Shown here: piece by piece, positions 48,354 to 59,929 of the stretch
How positions within the stretch are numbered: position 1 is the first letter of the stretch
Layout of the letters: every line of letters starts with the position of its first letter
DNA from: Psammoneis japonica
Lineage: Eukaryota
DNA length: 64,000 nucleotides
Direction: 5' to 3'
NCBI GenBank assembly: GCA_008632985.1
Contig: QPGO01000177.1
Location: 1 to 64,000, forward strand
Notes under the pieces: generated by a model
Told to the model about the DNA's origin: nothing
The model's input: only the letters and a program-made list of their open reading frames with translations
Databases searched by the model: none
Made by a program: the position numbers and the translations under genes

Positions 48354-49151
48354 ATGGCGAACGATGACGATGAAAAGCCATTGACAGACACCAGTAGACT
48401 CAAAAAGCTGAAATCTGACTTGCACGGCAATGGCCTTGATGTTTTTCATCCTTTCCAACCAAAGTGGTACAACGACAGTATCGCGCGTGACAACTTGACT
48501 TCGAAACTCGCTCGTCTGCCCGAATCAGGTCAAGGATACTTGATTGGCAACACGAAGTATCTGTGGCCGCGATTCAAGAATTGGTACAAAAGGCAATCTG
48601 CTTCTTGTCTCGAAAATCCTTTGGATACCTACTGTCACGAATGCATTCAGCGCCGTCTCAACAAGAACAACTTTGCACCAAACAGCGTTTCAATCTATTG
48701 GTCTGAAGAGACCGAGCCAAATCAGTTGGTGTCGATGCAACGCGTTGCAATGGAGAGCGGCTTCGCATATCATGATTCAACGACCCAACTGACAATCCAT
48801 CCTCTCTACGGTCCATGGATTTCGTACCGCGCCGTTGTGATTCTTCGCGACCAGACTGTTATTCCTACTTTACCTCCTACAAGGATAACATGTTTGCTGA
48901 CACCGCAAGAAGAAACGTGTGCAAAGGAGGCTATGAAGCACGCTTTGGAAGTTAGTGACCGTAGTAATCTTTGCCGTCAACTACATGGAGGCTCAAAGGA
49001 TCAAGACATGTTTTTGAAGATTTGCAAAGCATGGATTGCCGTGCGTGATTGCATAGAGGCTGGAAAAGCCAAATACCGTTTTGATGAAGACCAACTCATG
49101 TATCACTACACAAAGAATGTTAAACATCTAAAAGATGGAAATTACATATAG
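48354..49151 (+). CDS. MMACHC/CblC-like cobalamin-processing protein
   Basis: HPFQPKWYN, LIGNTKYLW..F, NPLD, MQRVA..SG.AY, IHPLYGPWISYRAVV. Confidence 0.8.
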   Translation: MANDDDEKPLTDTSRLKKLKSDLHGNGLDVFHPFQPKWYNDSIARDNLTSKLARLPESGQGYLIGNTKYLWPRFKNWYKRQSASCLENPLDTYCHECIQRRLNKNNFAPNSVSIYWSEETEPNQLVSMQRVAMESGFAYHDSTTQLTIHPLYGPWISYRAVVILRDQTVIPTLPPTRITCLLTPQEETCAKEAMKHALEVSDRSNLCRQLHGGSKDQDMFLKICKAWIAVRDCIEAGKAKYRFDEDQLMYHYTKNVKHLKDGNYI

Positions 49152-49822
49152 GATTAATATTGTGACATGCGCAAGCTAGTCACAGGTTCTTTTGGTTGAA
49201 CGGTATTTTCTGGAAGGGTTCTCTCCATGGAACAAATAATAGAGTGCAGGACATAGGAGCATCCGCCGAAAAATAGTGCTTCATTAGCAGCTATGGTGCC
49301 GATACATGGGCACGAATCTCGCTTCGCCGTCTGCTTCGTTGCCGCATTGAGCAACTCTTTCGTCTTCCAATACGAAAAAAGCGATGGTCACGCTGCGCGC
49401 GTAGCAAGCTTTAGATTGCACTTGACGAAAAAATGCGTCACAAATACCGGTAGTTGTCGCGGTTGCAAAGCGCCATTTGATCCTCTCTTTACTTCTCTCG
49501 TTTTCAGTTCGTGGCTTACCGTGTAATGTGTAAAATCGTGTGCCGGGTCGCGCTCTGGCTCTGAGCTCACGGAGCTCTGGTTTTGGATCTCTTTCCGGGT
49601 TCTCTTTGAAGCAATCTGGTTAGCTCCGCTCTGCTCATTTTTTGACGCCCAAACCTGCCCAACATCACCCCACGACTGCAACGAAACGCGGATGATGTGT
49701 GTCACTTCACTGTTCATTGCATGGCGACAAACGTTGCGTTGAACTTCCATCCTCCCAGGCGCTTCCAATTACGTTTCAAACGCTTATGGTAATTACATTA
49801 ATGCTTCGAGGTATGATTCAAG

Positions 49823-51556
49823 ATGAAGTTTCGAATCATGCGCCAAACCTCGGACAGGCTTGAAAGCTTCCCCGATGATCAAGTGAGTCAACGAGGAGAA
49901 GTTGTCGAGTCAGCCAATTTTTTGCAGAATGAGATTGCGGCAGATGCTGAATCCTCCCGAGCCCCGAGACACGAAGAGGCCAGGTTTGATGAAGAAACCC
50001 CAGTCACCGCAACTGACGACTCCGGGAACGACATCCATTCCGACCAAACAGGAGCCTCTGCACACGTTGTTCCCATTGTAGAAACTGGCAGCGATAGCGA
50101 GAACCGTGAAAAATCCAGCCCTCGACCGGGGAAAACGTTGTCTAGAGATCGCTTCATACTTCTGTTTGGTGCCATTGCCTTGTTTCTTGTTTTTGCTGGA
50201 GGCTTGGCTGGTGTTTTGATTTCCCAGGGAGGTGCTTCCGAATCCGCGCAAGGGATAGCAGCGTCCACTCCTACCGAGCCTCCCAACACAATCCCAGTCG
50301 TTTCAGACTCACCAACAAGCACCCCTACCATATCTCCAACGTTGACGCCCAGTGCGACTCTGAAGTCCACCACTCCGCCGACGGCACTACCGACCCCTCT
50401 TCTGACGCCTCCTCCTACGCCTTTTCCCACACCCAGCCCCTGTGAGTCTTGCGTAAGCACATATGCTGAGATTGCAGCGGCGGTGGCAAATGCTACGAAC
50501 AAGACCAACCCTCTCCGTATTTGCGTGTGTCCTGCTACTGAGCCAATCGATTTCTCGGCTGCGGGCCGCCCAATTACCATTACCGACAAGTTTTTTGAGA
50601 TGGAATGTTCCGGTAATGTCGGGGATTGCGTGTTTGAGGGAAAAGACAGGACACAGCTTTTCACCAATCGCCATCCCCTTGATATAACTTTTGCCGGAGA
50701 GTCCCATGCAACTTTCCGTAAAATCAAGTTTCAGAATGGCTTCGCTGAGATTGTAAGTATTAAAGCCTTCTGATCATAAATGCACACGATTGGTCAACAC
50801 GCATGTGTGTCTAACGTCTTCGACATTTATAATTCCACGGTACACTTTAGGGCGGCGCCTTAGATTGGGTAGGTTTAGGATTTTTGGGCATCTATGATTG
50901 CCATTTCGATTCAAATGAAGCAACACTGTTGAATAATGGGGCAGCGCTTTGGATTCACGAAGTAGGGGGGCAACTGATTGTTGATATTCGGGATTCTACG
51001 TTTTCTAATAACATCGTGGTACGTACAAGATGAATCGGCCTGGATGCGGAATTCAGTTGTGCTCACTTTGCCATGCTTTTATAACAGAGTCGTTTGGGCG
51101 GAGGAATGTGGATGGGAGGTCTTGGACAGTCAAATGCATCTGAGCCTTCGAGCCTCATTATTGATAACAATAGGTTTATCGGAAACAGGGCTATTGGCGA
51201 CAGGATTCGGGATGTCGACGGTGGAGGTGCAGGCTTTGAGCTATTTTGGTTTAACAGTAGTAACGCGTACGTCCAAGTGACAGGTAATTTCTTTGAAGGA
51301 AACACCGCTGATGTGAGTCTGCTTGAGCCAGAGAAGGCAGTGCACAATTAGTTTTGAAATGATGCGCAGCTCTCATTTGCGTTCACTTTCTGTCGTGTAG
51401 GTTGGCCCCAACATCGTTGTATGGGGGGTCCAGTTGGATGTTTGCACGTCGTCAAATACATTTGTAGGAGTGGTGTTGGGTACTTATAACAGGAGCGCTT
51501 CCGCTGAAATCACAATGTGCAACGATGGCCCAATAGGCACTCCTGTGTTGGACTAG
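49823..51556 (+). CDS. Single-pass membrane protein with P/T stalk and parallel beta-helix (Pmp-like GGA/FxxN) repeats; exons 49823-50752, 50851-51018, 51088-51312, 51401-51556
   Basis: Three GT-AG introns give a continuous frame; GGAL..F.SN.A type repeats. Confidence 0.75.
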
Positions 51557-51607
51557 AGGCCACCATGGTTCCCAGAGCGGTATATCTCCAGAAAGCAACT
51601 GGCTACT

Positions 51608-52374
51608 CTACTCAATTTCTCCTAATTCTCGAAGCTTTTCCATGGCCAACAAACATATCCATGATCCGACAACGTTCATTTCACCGTTACAAATCATTTG
51701 CATAATATCTCGACATGAAACATTCCGAATAATTTCAATCTCTTCCTCGTCGTCCATGGCTTTTGGATCAGACACATGATCAGCGTCCATCACTAGATAG
51801 GCAAACACATTGGTCGAAGTGTACTTGTCCATAGCGATTGGTTTTTTTACCAGTGGTATCCATGTGCCGCCCCTTAAATGGCACTCTTCTTCTAGTTCCA
51901 TTCGGGCTGCAATCAAAATGGCGTCCTCATCACCACTGTGTTTGTCGTGCTCGACAATGCCCGCGGCACCGCCAATCAACATTTTGTTGGGACCAGGGTG
52001 ATATTCGCGCACCAGCGTTGCTGTCTTTGTTTTTGTATTCCAGCAAAAGATTGTGACTGCTTCGTTGCTACCACCGCGGCCTTGTCCGATAATCTATAGT
52101 AGTCAACAACAGGAAAATTAGCAGCTCGAACAAAGCTTGAATTTTTTTCCTTGCAAGGACAACTCACATCGAACGTAACAGTTTTACCGTTTCTCATTGT
52201 AACATCTTGTTGAATAATTGTTCTCCATCCATTGTAAGCCAACGTTTTACGGACGATGTTGTATCCGACAGGCGTCGTGGTCGTGTGCGGAGTTTCTGCA
52301 TGACCACGTTTTTGCACGGCAATCAAAAGCAAGAAAATGAAATAGTCGCGGCACAATAATCTTGTCAAAATCAT
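51608..52374 (-). CDS. NUDIX hydrolase (ADP-ribose pyrophosphatase-like); intron 52094-52167
   Basis: REYHPG, AGIVE, AARMELEEE, DDEEEIE; splicing restores the frame. Confidence 0.85.
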
Positions 52375-52685
52375 TCTACTAGATGGTGATGATATTCGTT
52401 TTTGTCCTAGGTTTGGTACAACAGACCTGCTCTGTTTCTCTGGATTGTTTTTTCCAATCTGGAATCATACAAACACCAAACACAGCGGTACTGTAGATTT
52501 GAAATCCAAAATTTCCCTCCAACGCATGACTTTGTCCGTGCGTCTGTCTGATCTGGAGTCTGGTGCACGATCGCATGACGCACCGACGTCGAAACCCCGC
52601 AAAAAGCGAGCGATCGGATGAGCACAAGCGAGCACGCGAAGCGGTCACAACACGAAACAACGACAACAACAACACGTGAAACAAA

Positions 52686-53638
52686 ATGGCGGACCATGTC
52701 GCCGTGTCACCAACGGATGCTACACCAGAGCCCAAAAATGAAGCTTCAATGTCCTTGACACCATCCTCTGAAATGGATGGTTCGAGCTTCGAACAGCTCA
52801 TGAAGGAACGCACGAGGGTATGTCAAATGACTTTTTGTTTTGAGTTTGCCCAATTTCTGTATTCAACTTGAATAAGATAATATTGTTGATCTGAAAATGC
52901 CTTCTGTACTTTTATTTGATATCAATCGCTTTTCCTATTGAAACTCACAAAAACTGCGCTGCCATGTAGATTCGCAAAGAACGAGAAGAGTACAGTGTTG
53001 CCGAGTTGCGTGTACGGATTACTCGATTGGAACAAGCTCTGACGGGTGAAATCAAACGCCGCGTTTCGACCTTGAACGAATTGGAACAAAAGAGTCAGTC
53101 AGAAATTGCGCAAATGGAGGAGCGACTCGGCCAAGTGTTGAAGCAATCGGCAGAGCAGTCCCAACAGCGTCTGGACTCTATGGAGGAACGATTAAAAGCA
53201 TTGGAAGAGCGGTTTGAAAAGGAATGCACAGAACAGCAAAATTCGATTGAAACTAAGAGCAAGAGTTTGGAAAGCAAAGTTGCTGAATTAAAAGACATGG
53301 TTGAGCTAGAACGCAAACAACGTGGTCAACGAGAGCAAGTCTTTGAATTGCAGTTGAAGTCGCACAAGGACGAATTTGGACAACGATGGGCTACGGAACA
53401 GCAGCAACGTCAAGATGCCTTGCAACAAATGAATACGACTCTGGATGATCAAGAACGTGCTCGGAAAAAAGAGCAAGCGAGTTGGCAAACGCGAGTGCAA
53501 GAAGAAATGGCTCTACTCCAGGCTGAGTTGCAATCAGAAGCAAAAGAACGGCAAACACAAGATGAAGAGATTGTCACGGCTCTCAATCGATACACGATGG
53601 ATTTGAAGAAGAGCTTGGCCATTCTAAGTGGTAATTAG
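52686..53638 (+). CDS. SF-assemblin/beta-giardin-like coiled-coil protein; intron 52818-52969
   Basis: EIKRR, repeated E...R...E heptads, C-terminal DEEIVTALNRYT..LKKSL. Confidence 0.7.
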
Positions 53639-53731
53639 TCTACTGTAAAACGATCAGCGAGAGCAAACCAAATGTGGTACTGTTGTTTATTTCATGCCCT
53701 GTAGTTTTCTTATTCCCCTCTACCGTAGGAT

Positions 53732-56203
53732 CTAGGATTTGTTGTTTCCGGCCGCCGCGTTGAGCTCGTCCACAAAATCTAGACCCACCAAAAGAGACGA
53801 GGACGATCCCATTGAGACGTTCTTGTCTAAACGGTTCATGGCACTGCTCGAAAACGGGTTGCTCCTGTTGTTGCCCGTGTCGTCACTCAAGGCGAGACTA
53901 TGGAGCATGGCAGCATGATTATCACAAGAGCTTTCTCCTCCTTTGTCTTGCGGCTTGACTTTGGCCTTAGCCCATGACGGCCAGTCGCTCGTGTCGAGAT
54001 TGGGTTCGAGTGGACTCATCGCCTCGGCGGGTCCATAGTGAACAGTCGAGGGCAGCAGCGGAGATGATTTCACGTCAGCGGTTTGCCTAATCTTTTGTCC
54101 GGATCCATCATGAGGTGTCCTTGGTGGCTTGGATGCCGACAAGAGTGGTGGAGACAGCATATGATCTCTTAGAGAGGACACCGACTCGCCAGGCAGAGGT
54201 GAAAAGAGACCTCTGCTGGTTGTTTGTTCGTCTCCGGAAGAAACAGCTTCTAGAAACAGCGGAGACTGCAACAGATCACGAGCATTTGGTCTTAGCGACG
54301 GATCACGAAAAAAGCACTTCTCCAGAAAGGACTTCAAATGATTCTTTTCTTTCAATGAAGAAGGCAACTCCAGTTCCGGTGGACCTTCAGTTCTCCTGAT
54401 ATGAGAGAATAGCGCCATGGGATTGGTCAATCCCAAGGACTTCCAAGGTGGAATAGCTGTAGCCATCTGGCAAGCAACGCAACCGACGCTCCAGATATCC
54501 GCTTTATGCCCATACATTTCTTCAAAAACTTCGGGGGCCATAAAGTACGGGGTACCGCGCATGGTGAGACTTTCCATATCGATGCGCTGTTTCGCGGCAA
54601 GTCTCTTGCTCGATCCAAAGTCGGCAAGCTTAACGATACCAGCGTCATTCACAAGTACATTGCCCCCTTTTATATCTCGATGCAGTATCATCTTGTCGTG
54701 AAGATAATTTAGCCCCGAAAGAATCTGGTGCAGATAACTTTGAAGTACTGGAAGAGTAAAGGGCCCAAACTTTCTCAAGAGGGAAGTCACGCTACCACCA
54801 GGCACCCATTCTTGGAAGATGTGTAGATGTGTATCGTTCATTTCCGCACCCAAGTATCGCACGATATTGACATGATTCAGAGACCGGAGTAACTCGATTT
54901 CTCGACGAATATCCTTCATTACTGCCTTTTCAAGTTTGACGCTTTTGACGGCCATGAGCGTTCCATCATGTTGGTTCATACCGACGTGCACAACTCCAAA
55001 CGACCCGATACCGATTTTGGATCCCAGGCTCCATTTCCCACGAGGAACAGACCCTTCACGCTTTAGAGGCCCACTGTTGGGTTTTGATGACATCTTTCTA
55101 GTCTCAACTTCCCTTTCCGTTTCTCTTTGGTCCTCCTTGTTGCTATCTTTTTGAGTGGATTCAACTTCTGTCGATTTCTGGTGTACGCTTTCAACAGGCG
55201 GAGCATCTACGATTTCTTCATTGTCAAGGTGGACGTCAGCGAGTATCTCTGTGACCTCGACTACACTATCATCATCATTGTCAGTGACGGTTCCGTCGTC
55301 TTCAAATGAAATGGGACCAGATTCCTCATTTTCACTTCTCGGGCTTCTGAGCGATTCCGCCTTGTGCGAAAAGTCTTTCGACGAAACTGTGTCTTCCCCG
55401 CCCTGAGACTCTTCTTCTGTTTCCGTCGAGTCATCGTCATTGTATCGATAGCCTCTTCTACTCCCACCTCTGCCTTCGTCACCAGAAATAACGTCAACTT
55501 CCAACTCTTCATCCGAGCTAATTTCCTCGTCCTCTGGCGCGTACTCGTCATCGACAATCTCTTCTCCACCTTTGGGTATGACTGGCTTGAACTCGCTTTC
55601 CGAACTGGAGGATGAAGAAACATCCGAGGAACTTACGCTCTCACTGATCTCGTCAGATTCTTCCTTTTCAGAAAGTTCCTCATCATCTGCAGTGTACGAG
55701 CATGATTCTTCATCGTCTTGAAAAAGGGGCGTTGGTTTCAATGAACCATCGCCATCGTCCTCACTGTCGACATCTTTGCTATGACTTCCATTACCTTTAT
55801 TCCTTGCCCGATTATAACTATGCAAGGATGATAAGCTTGACACATCACTTTTGGAGTCATCAAAAGTGGCGGAGTCCTCCCGGCTCTCGTTGTGGGCTTG
55901 GTCATTCATGGGAGAAACCGACAAAGGTGCCATTTGCGTACTGACAACAACGCTTGACGGGGGCGGCGACTTGAGTATGCATCGGCTTGCATCTCTTGAT
56001 TTGCGCCGAGGAGAAGGTGTCGATTCACCCCCTGCATCACTGAAGCTCTTTCCTCCAGTCGATTTCGCCACCGGGCGACGAGGCAAAGCACGGTTCGGTT
56101 GTAGCGACGCCAAAATCCCTCCGTTCGATGCCGCGCCATTCTGTCGCCGACGAGGCTTGCGAGTCCTGAAACCAGTTGGCACATTGTTGCTTTGCTTCAT
56201 CAT
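53732..56203 (-). CDS. STE11/MAP3K-like Ser/Thr protein kinase
   Basis: GIGSFG, MAVK, EWVPGGS, HRDIKGGN, DFG, GTPYFMAPE, DIWSVG. Confidence 0.93.
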   Translation of the reverse strand: MMKQSNNVPTGFRTRKPRRRQNGAASNGGILASLQPNRALPRRPVAKSTGGKSFSDAGGESTPSPRRKSRDASRCILKSPPPSSVVVSTQMAPLSVSPMNDQAHNESREDSATFDDSKSDVSSLSSLHSYNRARNKGNGSHSKDVDSEDDGDGSLKPTPLFQDDEESCSYTADDEELSEKEESDEISESVSSSDVSSSSSSESEFKPVIPKGGEEIVDDEYAPEDEEISSDEELEVDVISGDEGRGGSRRGYRYNDDDSTETEEESQGGEDTVSSKDFSHKAESLRSPRSENEESGPISFEDDGTVTDNDDDSVVEVTEILADVHLDNEEIVDAPPVESVHQKSTEVESTQKDSNKEDQRETEREVETRKMSSKPNSGPLKREGSVPRGKWSLGSKIGIGSFGVVHVGMNQHDGTLMAVKSVKLEKAVMKDIRREIELLRSLNHVNIVRYLGAEMNDTHLHIFQEWVPGGSVTSLLRKFGPFTLPVLQSYLHQILSGLNYLHDKMILHRDIKGGNVLVNDAGIVKLADFGSSKRLAAKQRIDMESLTMRGTPYFMAPEVFEEMYGHKADIWSVGCVACQMATAIPPWKSLGLTNPMALFSHIRRTEGPPELELPSSLKEKNHLKSFLEKCFFRDPSLRPNARDLLQSPLFLEAVSSGDEQTTSRGLFSPLPGESVSSLRDHMLSPPLLSASKPPRTPHDGSGQKIRQTADVKSSPLLPSTVHYGPAEAMSPLEPNLDTSDWPSWAKAKVKPQDKGGESSCDNHAAMLHSLALSDDTGNNRSNPFSSSAMNRLDKNVSMGSSSSLLVGLDFVDELNAAAGNNKS

Positions 56204-56409
56204 TTTCTAATCGATCAGAAAGATACGGTAAGAGATTACAGTAGATTTATCCCGTTTTCGTCGTCATCATGAACAAAAGCAGGGAGCAGTGCAAAATGTG
56301 GCGGTTGGTTTTTGTTGGAAACCGTCGACATTTCATTATTATATCATGAATATAGCATTATAAATGTATATGTATATGTAAACATAACGTATTTTCACAT
56401 TAAATTTAA

Positions 56410-56944
56410 CACGGGATCCGCGGATGCACCAGGGGAATCTGCAAAATGCGGGATGAAAGGGGAAAGGGGCAAATGTGAATGGTGGAAAAGTGACATGCTA
56501 TTATTTTACCTTGAGGGACCCTTTAGTCAGCCAAACACGCTTATTGCCGATTTGACCCTCGTAGGTCCGTCCTTTCGGGGGGTCGTTAAATTGTGAGAGC
56601 AGACGCGGTCTCGAGAAATAATTTTATATATTATATATTTGACCATTAATATTATATAAATCTGAAAACGACACACATAAAAAACGCGCACGTACGTTTT
56701 TCAACTTTATATAACCTTCATAGCCAAATATATTATATAACGATTAATCCTCAAGACGCGTCCCGTCACAACATTTTGACACCCCCCATAAGACGGACCT
56801 ATGATGGTCAGATGACAAATGTGCGTGTTCGGCTCACTAAAGGGACCCTTAAGGCACAACAATAGCCCCTTACTTTCCCAACATTCCCATTTGCCCCTTT
56901 CCCCTTTCATCCCGCAATTCCCGGGTGCACCCGTGGATCCCGTG
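56410..56944. mobile_element. TTAA-flanked MITE (piggyBac-like target site) with ~200 bp imperfect inverted arms
   Basis: TTAA|CACGGGATCC...GGATCCCGTG|TTAA; arms match through GGGGAAAGGGGCAAATG and GACCCTT segments; AT-rich centre. Confidence 0.85.
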
Positions 56945-57286
56945 TTAAAATGTTGTTTTAACACTTGTGTGGCATCTATCTTGTTATAACACCGGCTATC
57001 CAGCAGTTCCTCCCAGCCAGATAGAAGAAGAAGAGAAAAGGAAAAGGAAGGAAAAAATGAACATTGATGAAGGTTTGAAAGGGTGCGCTGCAGCACCGCA
57101 GTGCGCACAGCAGTGAAGACGGACGTAGACAGGTGCAGACGCGCCACGTCCTGATGCGTCAGGCACGTGGAATTTGGCACGAAGTGTCACGCGTTTGCGT
57201 GCACAGAAGGATGTGGATCACCAACGGCTGGAACAAAGCAGCACACCACACAGCAGTCAGTGCAGCTCTGTCATCACAGTGCCAGA

Positions 57287-58753
57287 ATGGCGGAGGACAA
57301 CATCGTTGCATCTGGCAAAGCAGAGGATGCAGCAGCTCCGGAAGTCATGGCAGAACTCACGGGTGCCGAAGGCGTGGCGGCAGCTGCCGTGACTGCACTT
57401 GGCGCCGAGGGAAGTGCCGAGGGTGTGTCCGTCGAGTCCGAATGTGCAAGGATGTCGGAGAAGCCGGCGCAGCCCCAAACTGAAAATGGGGAGAAAGCCG
57501 TGCCGCCGGAGCCAACCTTTCAAATTTGTGGTTGGAATGAAGCACAGCAGCTGGGTTGCACCGCCAAGCAGCTCCTTGAGGCCGGTTGCAAGATCGAGTT
57601 GGTGGGTGATCAGGCCACCTTTGTGAAACCGGAGGTCCCACCTTTTTGCAGCGGCAAAAGCGAGGAGGCAGCCAAGCCCACGGCCAAAGTGGTCGCGAAA
57701 GCAACGGCGGAAGAGGAAGAAGAAGGAAAGCAATTTCCGGACCCCAACGACTTGTGGGACTGGGTGTGGCGGCACGAAAAATCCGATAATTTCCAGGAGT
57801 CCATGTGCCTGATGAAGGATGCGCCGAATGATCCCGACCTCTGGTTCCCCGTGCTGGGAGAACTGGGGTGCATCAGGAGCGACCCTGAAGCCGTCGCAAA
57901 TGCTCACGGCGAACACTGCAAGTGGGTGTGGAGGCACCGCATGGAAGTCGGCGAGAGGGGCATCCCAGACTTGATGCCGAAGAGCAACAAAGTGTTCAAG
58001 ACCGCCGTCGAGGCTTTCGAAGCGGGGTGGTCACTCGCACTGGTCTGCCTCGTGAAGAGAGTAAGTGCAGAAGTGTGCACATTTGGATGAGGCGCCGTGT
58101 CACTTCAACCTGCGTTGTTTTGCCTCGAAAAGTCCGTTTGCTCCGCAGGCCCCAAGGAGGTGGAGGTGGGCGAGCTACGCGCATCGCAACTGAGGGGCGC
58201 AGGCATTGGTTTTTTTGCTTTGCGCCAGTTCCAGAAAGGCAGCACGGTTGGAATCTACGTGGGCCCCAGGGTGCCCGGTACGACGAGGAGCCACTCGTGG
58301 TGCGACCACGACAGCAAGTTTGGAGAAGACCACAGCGTGTGCTGCTCCGCCATCCGTGACAGCGAGGGCTGCTGCATCACAGTGGAGCCAAAACCGCTTG
58401 ATTTTAGCGGTCCAGGGAACAAGAATTCCCATCCACTCTACCTTGGAATGCACTGCGTGAACGATGCCACCGAGTCATTCAAGGACAAGAAGAAGATCAA
58501 GGCAAGCCAACAGGCGGACAACAACTGCGAGTTCTACAACGACGGGTGCTTGGCAGTCACGAAGCAAATCATGCCCGGGGAGGAATTTCTCTCCAGATGC
58601 AACTTGGACGAATCGGAGAAGAAGAAGAAGAAGAGGAAGGCGATGTCGGGTGCCATGAATCGGAAGAAGAAATCGCGTCTGCTCCCCAAGTTGGGGGGGA
58701 GAAGTTTCTCAGCAACAGCACGCAGAAACATCAATGTAGCGCGCAAACATTAG
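57287..58753 (+). pseudogene. SET-domain protein gene with one in-frame TGA (58088) and partial Tyr>Cys/His conversion
   Basis: GAGIGFFALRQFQKGSTVGIYVG, MHCVNDA, KQIMPGEEFLSRCN; ORFs 57167..58090 and 58097..58753 share a frame. Confidence 0.75.
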
Positions 58754-58887
58754 ATTAGGATGCTCAACCACTGTGCAACTGTTTGGCGACCCCAACCGCA
58801 AAAATGCGGAAATTTCGTAAAACAAAACATTTCGATTAGATCAGCACATTGCGTGGAAATCCACACATGCGTCACACAACGTCGAAT

Positions 58888-59356
58888 GGATTTTAACCAA
58901 CAAACCAAGAAACGCGAACGCAGCCGTCACAGAAAACGCAGCAACAGAGAAAACACAGATTTGCAACAACAAACAAAGAAGGCAGACGAGCCAAAGAAAA
59001 CTGGTGAGGACAAGAAAAAGGTGCAGACATGTGCGGAACTTCTTCAGTCATTGATGAACAAGGAAGACGAAGAGGAGATCACCTTGGAAGAAGCAAGAGC
59101 GGCGTTTGACCTCACCTCGGGAAATTTTGATGTCACTTCTGCACTTGTGCAAGACAACACGACAGCGGACAGTCATCATGTGGAAACAATGGTCGCACCC
59201 AAGGATGATTCAACCATGGAGGAGCTAAAGGCAGCACATGCAGCGGTGATTCCACAGCGGTTGGGGAGATTTTTCACTGAGGAGGAGATGGCGGAGCAGG
59301 AGAAGGAGCAAGCAAAGGCCCTTCAGAAGAAGTGTGGCCAGAAACAATGGAATTGA
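58888..59356 (+). CDS. Charged hypothetical ORF within the TpA-depleted block
   Basis: Coding-like K/E-rich ORF with no Tyr. Confidence 0.35.
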
Positions 59357-59929
59357 GCAAGTTGCAAACAACCATTTAGCAAAGACAACCGCATCAATGC
59401 GTGGAATGCATGCACATGGACTTTCACTCAAGCCGCCGCGGATTGAGCATGGCCACAAACAAGGACCAGCTGTTTGGCAAAGAAACTGCAACAATGCGTA
59501 AATTTCGCACATTTCCACATTCACTTAATCCAACGCAGCTTGCCTTAGACAACATCAACATGCACAGACAGCCTCATGAAACCTCACAGAAGACAGAACG
59601 GTCAGAAGCAAAACAACCAGCACCACGCACTGACGCACATTAGTCATGTCGCGTGGGTCGCGCAGAAGTGCGCACCGAAACAACCGTTGTGTGTTGTAAT
59701 TAATTCGAACGCCTGGCGCAAAATGCAGCAAAATGATTGGTGCAGGCAATCGTCATGGCTCTATTTTCTGATGGTGGCGAGGGCGGCAATCCAAAATCTT
59801 TCGGTTTCAGACTTCGATCTAGAGAGTTCCACCTAAAAGAGGAGGAACCAACAAGTGGAATTTCGTAGAATAAAATGAAATTAGCTCGCAAATGCTGGTG
59901 GTGAGTGAGATTGACCGTCACATCTTTGT

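Noticed and set aside
49888..50727. Long antisense ORF (279 aa), and similar antisense ORFs over the YR element and kinase
   Set aside because: Shadow of the sense-strand gene's codon bias
58779..59507. Short repeated motif CTGTTTGGC...AAC(C/T)GCAA.AATGCG.AAATTTCG flanking the 58.9 kb ORF
   Set aside because: Only 2-3 degenerate copies; cannot distinguish TE-internal repeats from chance without other copies
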